This document shows positions 38,012-48,900 of a DNA stretch of 64,000 bases, piece after piece. Made by a program: the position numbers and the translations under genes. The stretch spans positions 26,412,001 to 26,476,000 of the forward strand of contig NC_135667.1 in assembly GCF_964188315.1 (NCBI RefSeq). Direction: 5' to 3'. This DNA is from Podarcis muralis. Taxonomy: Eukaryota. Within the stretch, counting starts at the first letter, position 1, and every line of letters starts with the position of its first letter. The notes beneath the pieces are model-generated. The model ran no database searches. It saw only the letters and a program-made list of their open reading frames with translations, and was not told the origin of the DNA.

Positions 38012-38197
38012 AAGGTAAAGGTAAAGGTACCCCTGCCCGTACGGGCCAGTCTTGCCAGACTCTAGGGTTGTGCGCCCATCTCACTCAAGAGGCCGGGAGC
38101 CAGTGCTGTCCGCAGACACTTCCGGGTCACGTGGCCAGCGTGACATCGCTGCTCTGGTGAGCCAGCGCAGCACACGGAACACCGTTTACCTTCCCGC
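38012..38197 (-). mobile_element. 5'-truncated Sauria SINE with 13-bp TSD
   Basis: Near-identical to the 3' half of the 17622 copy. Perfect TSD ttcttgaggttta at 37999-38011 and 38198-38210. Confidence 0.93.
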
Positions 38198-39129
38198 TTC
38201 TTGAGGTTTACATCAATACAAATGGCAGAACTGATACATGATCCTGTAGCCACAGATTGTGTGAGTTGGTAAATTACTTGTGTGACTGTCCTCACATATC
38301 ACTGCTGGTGGGAGAAACAAGACAGCAATAGATACTTGCTTATTGAAAGTTGGAGTTTTAAAATTGAAATTGAAAAATTCTGTATTTTGGTATAATCAAA
38401 ATTCTGTATAAGCTCTTTGGAAGCAAACATGAATGCTCAAGAAAAAGTTAATTTGGAGAATCCACTTATGAGACCAACAAAGTGGATTTGGATCAGACTT
38501 TGAACCAAAGCAGACTTTGACTAGTCTCATCACGAGCACACACAAAATTGCAAAATTTTGTTTATTATGCTTATGGTACACAATTTTTGTTCGCCTGGTA
38601 CAATATGAAGAAATTAATCAGCAAATTCTTATTAGTACTTAAAACAGAAAAATCATACTTAACAGAAAAATACTTCAGCAAGGGTAATATCTACCTTCCT
38701 TCCCATAACAACCGAGTGAAAAGTATTAAATTTCATAAAGCAAAATATTACTTTTTAATTTTAAAGTCCATTTTTTAAATCTACTCTCTGTATGCTTTTA
38801 GAAACATCAGGAAAGTTTTTGTATCTAATATTATAAATGTCTTTTTGTAATTCATGTTCGCTGTATCCTTGATGACCTGTTGTCATCAATTCTGTTGCAA
38901 AACTTTTTAAAAAAATAATATGTTTTCTACAAAGAAAAGGTTAGGATTAAGAAAAGTGGGGAAAAAGAATACTCTTTATAATACAAAGAAGAATGTGTTT
39001 TTAAATGTGAAGCAGCTGAGAAGGAAAAGGCAACATGCATGGCAAAATACAATAGCTATGGGGGGGCAAACTTTTTCTTTAGAAAATATTGTTTTCTAGT
39101 GATGACATTAGAAAGCCTCTCCTCCTTTT

Positions 39130-39853
39130 GATTCCCGCGTTCCGCCCCCTGCCCTGCCATCGTCGCTGGCGCGCCGTGCCCCCAGATGGGACCCAATAAG
39201 GTGACAGTGCGGGGGCGTGGTTTAGCCGCTCAAATGCGGCCACGCCAGTTCTCCCCGCCATTGCGTTCCGATTTTCCTCGAGTCACCCACCCACCACTCC
39301 CTTTAGGGCATAGCTTCTCGCTTGACCTTGCTATGGACCTATGGTTGGTCGCCCTGGTTGCCTAGGGGGCCTGGTAGGAGTTTTTTCCAATTGGCAAATT
39401 GGCACCAGCCTCTTGGTTTTTTCCGCCTACCTCATAGCAATCGTCACAACTTTCTCGGTATTTGGCGGTTAGGCATTGGAATGTGTTGATGGTGTATGGA
39501 AGGGCAAGGTGTGGCCATTGCCTACTCATTCACTTATGGGTATTCCGTTAAAGGAATCCGGCGGTCGTGGATCCTGTCCAATGCCCTGTGGGGCGGGGGG
39601 CCATGGCACGACCCCCGGTGACATCAGGGGAGAGGTTATAATTGTATTTGTATCAACAGGCTCCCCTTACTGGTGGTTAACCCTCGTCAGACTCACCCCT
39701 CTCCGAGTGGGTGGAGTCATATTTGCGGTTGTCCAATGCCTAAGCCAATACCTCTCACATGCTGTAATCAATAAAGTTGTGGCCTTTTCTAGCCCATTAA
39801 CCTTATATACTGTGTCCACGTGTCTTTATTATTCCCAAGCGGGGGTCGGGTCC
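39130..39853 (+). mobile_element. DIRS/Ngaro-like retrotransposon terminal fragment
   Basis: CpG-rich block ending tcaataaagttgtggcc...gtgtccacgtgtctttatt...gggggtcggg, resembling squamate DIRS termini. Family call is from recall, not from a search. Confidence 0.5.
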
Positions 39854-39970
39854 TTGAATCACGAGCATGCTGCAAAGAATCATGTGGTGCTGAGTAGCTC
39901 CCACTTAGAAAAGAGGCGAAAGGAAAATGTTGACCAGAACCTCCAAACTCAAAATTGGAATGAAAAGCTG

Positions 39971-40122
39971 TTAAGGAGCCTGCATGCTTTTCATCGCCTG
40001 CAGGATTCTTCCTTTGTTATTCCTCACGTTTGCTTTTGCTGCTTCTAGGAGGTTTTTGACCTCCTGCTCCTTGTAAGAAACTTTGAGGGTGGGATATTGT
40101 TCTCTCCATTCAGCTACTTTAT
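39971..40122 (-). CDS. PLA2G4C: PLA2G4C-like last coding exon
   Basis: (D)KVAEWREQYPTLKVSYKEQEVKNLLEAAKANVRNNKGRILQAMKSMQAP*; acceptor AG at 40123-40124. Confidence 0.9.
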
Positions 40123-42906
40123 CTTTAAAAGAAAGAGGATGTACATAAGCAAGTGCCTTGCTATTCACTTGGAAACACTTTGTATAACACTTAACCACAC
40201 ATGTTCTTCAAAGCACCTATTACATAAACAGATGGGGCAGGAACATGTCCAGCTTATATTATATAGGCTGAGCTATTGACTGTGGAGCTAGTGAGAACTC
40301 CAACCTTAATACCAGCTGTTTTAAAAACAAAACAAAAAAACTTGTAAAACTTCAGTAGAACTTGAACATGGAATCTGCTCCCCTCAGTTTTATAGGAACA
40401 TAAGATTCCTGCTGCATCAGACCAAAAGGCCTATCTAGTCCAGCATCTTCCTCCCAGGGCGACCAATTATAACAATTATTGGGTGAGCCAATTTCACAAG
40501 GTAGTAATTTGGCCGGAGTTGCAACATTTATCTTCCAGGGATAATCAGATCCAAGGAGATCATTAGACCACGCTAAACAATGAAATTTGTTTTTAATTGT
40601 CTGTAATGATCTTTCTGATGCCGTAACCTGCCCTGGGACCTTAGAGTGAAGGTCGGACAATAAATAAATTATCAAAAACAATAATAAATGCATGCCCCTT
40701 TCTAAGCAATCCCCAAACACAATATACCTTTGCAGTTCACTGTATTGAAGAGCGGGAAATGCATGACAGTTGGAGAATCATGTCCTTGGAAAATGTAGCA
40801 GTCATAGGGACTGTCTTTACTCTTGTCCAACTCTGAGACATCAATATCAGGAAAAGGAAGATGATTTTCCTTGCAGTATAGGACTGCTTCTTTGACAGTC
40901 TATGAAGAGAAGAAAATGCAGGAAAGGAATGTGGAAATTGTTGTCTGAGCAGGATACCCCACTGGCGGTTGTCCAGGAGAAAAATTGTTAGGGGTGTAAA
41001 ATTTCAACACATGGTGCTGCCCCAATACTTCTGTCACTGGGCTCCATTGAAAATGGCTTCTCCATGTGAACCAGGAAGTGACCTCTCCAAACAATGGAAC
41101 GACTCTTCTTATCTCTGGAGCTGCAAGCTCATGGGTGATGTGCATGCCAGTAGGCAGTTGGATGCATATATGTGCTCCATCCATTTCCTTCTCACAACCT
41201 CAGATGCTGGCAACCCATGCTACACCACTGGGGCACCATAGATGATTTGGCTCTGCAGGGAGATGTCACCTCTACACAGAAAAGACTTCTGATCTTTCCA
41301 CTTAAAAAGAAGTAGGTATAGCAACCTTGATCAATGCAGGGACCCAGATGCCTGGCTGCAATGCCACCCACTAGAAAAGGTGAGCAGACATACCAGCAAT
41401 ATCCAGGCACAGCAATTGTCTGTTGTCTAGACTAAAGCACCCTTACTCAAATTCTGGTGACCCATCAGAGGCCCAGTAGCCTTGAGTCACCTGTGTGGAT
41501 TATTACACTTTGTTTCTTCTTTCCACGCCCAGAACACCACTATACCTGCTATACTAGCCAACTAACAGAGACTTAAAGCAGGCAGCCTTTCAGATTTCTG
41601 TATCTGGCATTTGCGAATCCACCCCTTTTGCATGTTCTTTTTTTGTCTGGCAAGAATGCTTCCTTAAACTCTGACAATGCTTCTGGCTTGACTAGATGGA
41701 GGCTGGAGAAGGATTGTGTTTGCATGTGCATGTACGGGGGGGGGGGACCCTACCATGTAAAGACAAAATTAATGTTTCTCATTCCACTTTTGCTACTGAA
41801 TCTGCTCACTTGCCTTTTGGCAAGTGTAGTGTAGTGGTTGTTAAGCAGGTGACCCCTGAAAAGTTTTCTACAAGGGTATTTATCCCCTGAGCTGTAAAAA
41901 AACCAAAAAAAGGTCACCACCTCATTTAAATTGAAGAAGGGAGAAAGAAGCATGAGCAGCATGAATGAGAGAAAGAGAGGTTAGGGATTGTCTGGATAAA
42001 TCAGGAATTATTCTCCAGCTGAGATATAATGTGCAATATTCACTTTTTTCTTGGAGGTGAGCATTACAAGCCTTTGCATCTCATCACCAATCCTGAGCCC
42101 AGTGAGCTTTGCTGCCAGCACGGATGCGGTAATTAAGAAATGAAATCTCATCATGACCCAACGCAACAAACCTACCTCAAAGGGATTTCCGCTGCTAAAG
42201 TCAAAGGAAAGAATGAGTTTCACTTCCCGTTCAGGACGGAGGACAAGCGGATAAGCAGAATTCATGGCTATACCAGCATCGGCCAAACGAAGTTCTTCCT
42301 TGCCTGTGAGATTCATGTCATTAAGGCTGGCTAAGGGGAGAGAGTCGGTTATTACCTTAATAATTTGTTTCCAGGGGTTGTTTCATATGCATGCCTTCCC
42401 TGCCATCTGGAGAGGTGCCAGGGCAAACTAGACACAGTGTGTAAAAGCCTTGCACAGATTCTGGCCAAGTCTATACAATCCCGCCCTCCCCCAATGACCT
42501 GGCCAGCCCTATGTCCATTTTGTAGTGGCTATTTATTTTTGGCTGCTAAGCAGACAGTCTAATGCTTGCTGGGTTCCCCCCCCCCCCCCGGTACTCCATT
42601 TCTTTCCATTCTGTCCTCCAAGAAATTCAAAGGGCATTTCTGGTTCTTCCCCTCCAAATGTATTTTTGTAAGTTGCTTTGAGACATATTTGTAGAAAGTG
42701 ATGAACAAATAAATACTAACACCACCATCATTACAATAATTAATGGTGTGTGTGGTTTTCCTTACAGTATTTGTAAGTATAGTTGGAGATGGTCCCCCAT
42801 TTCCATTTGAAGAGGCAATAAACAGTTTTTGACAGTATTCTCAGTGTATCCCATATACCTGCAAAATAAAAACTAGATTAGACATGAACACAATGTCTGA
42901 GAATTC

Positions 42907-42951
<45 letters not shown>

Positions 42952-45900
42952 TTTTAAAACACATTGAAAGAATGCCCCCCCTTCAAGGAATTTGTAGTTT
43001 ACCCCTTAGAGAATTTAAATTCCCATAAGCCCTTCACAAACTACAGTGCTCAGAATTCTTTTGAAAAAAGTCCTTAAATGTGCTTTAAATGCATAGCATA
43101 TAGGCAACCTATATGGTGGCTGCTTCACACAGCATGTGGTACAGCTCATCCCTGTTAGATTATCCCAGTTGTATAGAAGGCTACCAGTTGTATAGAAGGT
43201 GGTAACTGAAGCTTAGCTACATATTAAATGCATATCAGTGTCCTAGGGTCCTTGCTTCCTTCTCCAGGCTTATTGCTTAGGACTACACACACACTGGTCA
43301 TCACGTTACTTTCCCTGAACTCTGCCAGAAGGGGTAGGGATCTCAGTGTATTGCCAGCTACGTTCCTTCACTGACAGGGGATGAAAATGCTGGCATAGAG
43401 AGAGAACAGATAAGAGTAGAAGGCAGAGGGGAGGGAGAAGAAGCAGCGAACAGCCATAACTTGATGCCTGGACACGGGGAAAATGAAAGAGAGAGCCAGA
43501 GTTAAAGAATGCAATGTATAGGCTCAGACAGTGAGACAGACACAGAAATACAGGGATTGCCAGCTCCAAAATCTTGTAGGATCACGAGACTGGCCGAAAA
43601 GCGCAAAAAGGACAGGAAGTGAAGGTGGGGGTTTTCCTGTTGGGGGGGAGGGGGCGGAGCTCAGTTCCAGCAACTGTGCTATCTGAGGATGATGGAGATT
43701 AGCGGAGCTCCAACCAGGGCTTCTTAAATTGCCTAATAAATCTGAATAATTAACTGCCGGAGTCATCTCGCGTGTGTGGGAGAGACCCAAGCCTTACATG
43801 TGTCATTCACCTAATGGTCCCAAAACACTACACCAATTGTAGGAGGTTGTGGGACTGCTGATCCCTGTGGTAAGTGTACAGTGGTACCTCGGGTTACATA
43901 CGCTTCAGGTTACAGACGCTTCAGGTTACAGACTCCGCTAACCCAGAAATATTACCTCAGGTCAAGAACTTTGCTTCAGAATGAGAACAGAAATTGTGCT
44001 CCGGCGGCGCGGCGGCAGCGGGAGGCGCCATTAGCTAAAGTGATGCTTCAGGTTAAGTACAGTTTCAGGTTAAGAATGGACCTCCGGAATGAATTAAGTA
44101 CTTAACCGGAGGTACTACTGTATCATGTAGCCCAGCTTTATATGATTGGCAAAGGTGAAAAATGGGAAGGGTGACACCTAGTCCTATTATGAAGCCAATA
44201 TGGTGTATAATAGGTAAAGGTAAAGGGACCCCTGACCATTAGGTCCAGTCGTGACCGACTCTGGAGTTGCGGCACTCATCTCGCTTTATTGGCCGAGGGA
44301 GCCGGCGTACAGCTTCTGGGTCATGTGGCCAGCATGACTAAGCTGCTTCTGCCAAACCAGAGCAGCACACAGAAACGCTGTTTACCTTCCCGCCAGAGGG
44401 GTACCTATTTATCTACTTGCACTTTGACGTGCTTTCGAACTGCTAGGTTGGCAGGAGCAGGGACCGAGCAACGGGAGCTCACCCCATTGCGGGGATTCAA
44501 ACCACCGATCTTCTGATCAGCAACTCCTAGGCTCTGTGATTTAACCCACAGCACCACCCGTGTCCCATGGGGTATAATATATACTGATAAATGTGTGATC
44601 ATTCAATGATATTTTGATTATTTTTATTGGGCATGACATTAATAATTTAATGAGTTGGTGGTTTATAAAGGCCCTTATAAATAGTGAATGGATATAAAAC
44701 CATCTGTATACCTTATAATCTCATTTTCATATCTGCAGATTCTCATCACAAACCTTTGTGATATACAGATAATCTGCAAAATGTTGGTTTGAAAATGATT
44801 TATAAAATGTGTGAATTACTTACTTCTCTTTGTTTCTTCGTGATGCGTGAATGGAGATGTCCTATCTGTCAAAAGCAAAGCATCATAGCATTGAGACTAA
44901 GGGATAAAATGCAATAAAACAGGTGGACTATAAGACATCTAAACTGTAAGATGGTTACAATATGCTTCTTGTAAATGGAGCAGAAGTTGATTAGGGTTCC
45001 AGTCCTTCACATTTATGTAGGATCAAACTCCATTGAACACAGTGGGGCTTATTTTTGAATAATAATGTGCATATCTAAGATTGCTCTATAACAGAGTTCT
45101 TTGGAAGTTTTGAAATTCATAGCCACACTTGCCTGAAAATTCTTGAGTAAACATGTCAGCCAGGGTCAAAAACTGTGCCACTCTTCCAGGCTTGTCTAGA
45201 GTGTTGTGTTTGTCCTTCAATAAACTGAGGAAGTTGTAGGTGTTGCTGCCTACTTGATCTATCAAAGAACGTAAGATGAGACTGGAATAATGAAAAAGCA
45301 TATCCATCTGGTCTAACCAGATTAAAATTAAGTTTCACGAAACGAAAACCTTTGTAACACTTGTATTTCACATTTTTGAGATTTCAGCCTTCATTCTCAA
45401 ATACTCCTCCTCCAATTATATTTGGAGGAATTCCAGTATAGGGAAGAATTGCACTGCCACCTGAAGACAGTTGTATGGTATCAGGGGTACCAACCTGCAT
45501 AAAATATTGAGGGGGCCCAAGTAAGCCCCACCCCACATAATTGATTACATGAATGGCAATTGATCATTTGAATGGCAATGTCCATCAAATTTGGGGAGGG
45601 TGGCCCCCTCAAATATTTTCTTGAGGGGTGAAGCCCCCTTAGTCCCTAGGAATTGGCTCCAATGTATAGAACAAATATGTCTCAACTTTATTGATTAGCC
45701 TATAGAGGAGGGGTAGGGAATCAGCAGCCTTCCAAATATTGTTGGAATCTTACTCCTATGATCCCTGGTCAGTCTGCCTGAGGCTTTGAGGAGCTAGGGT
45801 CCAACAACATCTGGAGGACCATAGTTTCACCACTTTGGTAATACAGTCATCAAACTTACTAAAGACTCAGCTACCTGCAGGCAACTCCTCCCTCTGTGTT

Positions 45901-48900
45901 CTCACATGGGCAATGCCACCCAGCAATGGGCCTGATGTGGGTTTTCTATTGGCAACTTACCATGAAGATGAACGGAGGGGACTCCTCTAAATCCCTGCCT
46001 CACACGCACATACATAGATGACAGCACATGGCAGAACAATGGTCCCAGGTCCCAAGAGCACCTGTCAACACATACCCTCTTGAGCTGGGTGGCAATGCAA
46101 GGTTGTCTGCTCAAGAACCCTCTACTTAATTGGTGCCTACAGCAAACCTTGCAGGGAAACATTTTCTTTGCCTGCATGGTTTGAAATGAAATTACACAGA
46201 CCGAGGAAAATGCTTCACCTGACACCATGGCATTGCCAAGTGATTGTCAGGTGGTTGCCCCTGCCCACCTGCCAAAGTGTCCCCTGAGTGTCGAAGGAGA
46301 TCTGAATCTAGCTGGTTGGTAAGATTCAATTCTCCATCATTGATTTAAGTCATGGGTACAATTTTCTGCCATAATCATAGTCCTAATCACACACACTATA
46401 CACTTTGAAGGGGTTGCTGGGAGCATGAAGATCTGTGTAGGAAAAATAGACACCAGTCATTCCTTAGCTTCCTCTTACCTTTAAGAAGTTCCATGATGTT
46501 TGTGATGTTTTCATCCTGATGTTCATGTGCCGTCCCTTCCATGGCATGAATCAGGAGCTTTATTGCATGTGAAGCAGCCTGACAATATATACAGTGACAA
46601 CTGGAAGCTTCAAAAAGAGCCCCAAAATGCAAGCAACAAGAAAGGAATAAAGCTGGTTGGATTGTTCCAAAAGTTAGGATGCAACATATTGTAGGGAATG
46701 TGACAGTGCTGATAAAAATGGGCAGGGCAGGCCAGGCTTCAAAATACAGAGAGAATAACATGCTAAATGAGATATGCCTGATTTATTGGATCATCCCTGA
46801 AATCCCCCACACACATGCTGGCTCTAGTCAAGAAGCCCCAGCTCCTAGATGTCCCATCCTTATGTCACTGCTGGAATAAATGTATTGCCTATAAGATAGG
46901 TGAGCCATGACATCACTGACAGATTTCTCCCTTGGGAAGGAAACGTAACAATAAAAAACACCTCAATTCAAAAAGTTGTGCAAATGCACCTTAAATCCAT
47001 TTCTTTCTGCAGCCTTTTCTAACTACCCTCCTCTAAACCTTTGATAGCTATGGGAAATGCAGAACTTGTCAGGGTTTCTATAGTATTGGATAACCCTTGC
47101 TGAAACACAGCCATAAGTCAAATGCAGACCTGCTTTTGCATAATACTTCAGGAGACAGCGATACTTATCTTCCAGCCCAACAAATCTTTACTGATAACAG
47201 AATGTTTTCCTAACTTAAATAGTGGCTAAGGCTGCTTCCACACAGGCTGACCTTCCTACCTTTGACCCTTTCTTCTGAAACTACTTTCCATTTTGTGTAG
47301 AGCAAACATGTGCATATAGGTTTGCAAAGTTCCTGAATAAAGAAGGCATCAACAGATGTATCCTTTTGAGACGGACTGATGGCAAAAAAATTCAAGCAAT
47401 GTCAAGGACTTACCTGAAGCTTGTTCTCCCAGGCGTTTGATATAATCTGAAAATGTGAGAAGTACATTATATTTCCATAGCTATAGGAATATTTTATTAG
47501 ATGGGGAATCTGTGTTCCTCCAGATGTTAATTGGGCTGCATTTTCCATTATCCATAACCATTGGCTATGCTAGCTGGGGCCCACAGGATTCCCATCCCTG
47601 TGGCAGAGAGAAGAATTGTGGTCAGGGTGAAGTGGCCCAGAGGAGCAGGGGACCATGGACCCAACCACTCCCCTCAAAAAAAGTGTTGCTGTGTACAAAT
47701 ACAAGTTGTCAAGTGTTGGCAAATTAAGTGAGGGCAGTCTGGCCGCAGTAGCATGTTAGTGTTGTAAGGACATAGAAGGCCAGAGGATTTTCTTCAGGGC
47801 TCCACATAAGCTACGCAACTACTTCCAAGTGTGCACACATGGGCTGTGCCTTTGGAATCCATACCAGGAAGGAACTTTCCCTAGCTGGGTCCAACAGGCT
47901 AAACATACAAAACCTTCTATTTCCTTGACGTCTTCTTTGCGATCTGCAAATGAACTTCCCCATAAGCCTGAAAGAGAAGGAAGGAAATGGAAATGACATT
48001 TTCTAGGAAATTTACTGGATAGCACTATGTTTAGTGGCATACATTAATCCTAATTGTATGCCACTAAACATAGTAGAGGGAACATGCTCGGTTCAGTGCG
48101 GGAAGGTGGGGAATCACTGAGCATGTGAACTAGTCTGAAGTTTGGATACTGCATCAATCTGTCATGTTGCTGCCTCTTCCCCCTGTCAAGTCAGCAGTAC
48201 CTCTCAAGTAAGAAATGTCTTTTTCATTCTTCAGTATTCTCAGCACACCATTCTCAAATGTGCTGCCCAACAGCCTCATGTCAACAAATGCACCAGGGTG
48301 AAAGAATCCAGCATCATGGGGTGTGAATTCAAACCAGATACCTTAAAAAAAGAAAAGAAAATCAGTGTCAGAAAGTGTGGGAAACAATTGCTTACACACA
48401 TAGACTTCTTTTGCTGTATCAGCTTCTGTATTTGTCATGTTTCTTTTCAACGTCTCACAAAAAGAAATTTCAATTTAGTTAATTGGCTGGCTATGTCCTG
48501 TCTCCATTCTGTCTTAAGCATATGCGGCGCCGGGGTGCAAAGATCCACCCGGTGCCCCCCCTCCCAGCTTGCCCAGTCCCAGTTGTGCAGGAGGGTAGAG
48601 CCAGCCGGCCACCTCAGTGTCTCACTGGCTTGGTCGCACCCGAACTCGTGGAGCAGAGCTGTCCATAGCAGAAGAGCCTGCCGCAGTACTCCGACCGGCC
48701 GCCGGGCTTTTCCCAGACTCAACTCTCAGGCCCTGGACTCTCGGCCTGGAGCCTCTGAGAGCCTGGAGCCCGGGTGCCCCACACCCCTAGCGCCTATGGG
48801 TAAGACGGCCCTGCTTGGAGGCATCTGTTCAGCCTCTGTGAGAACAGGATGCTGTTCCAGGTAGTCCTTTGGTCTGTTACAGAAGGACTCATCTAATGTT

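Noticed and set aside
39476-40048. 190-aa plus-strand ORF
   Set aside because: TTG start, no recognisable domain; it overlaps a retroelement fragment and the antisense of the PLA2G4C-like last exon.
47260-47380. Possible extra PLA2G4C-like exon just downstream of the 33-nt micro-exon
   Set aside because: It would need a ~35-nt intron and contains an in-frame stop in the required phase.
48142-48864. 240-aa plus-strand ORF
   Set aside because: It is antisense to a PLA2G4C-like exon plus a GC-rich transposon fragment and has no coherent protein features.
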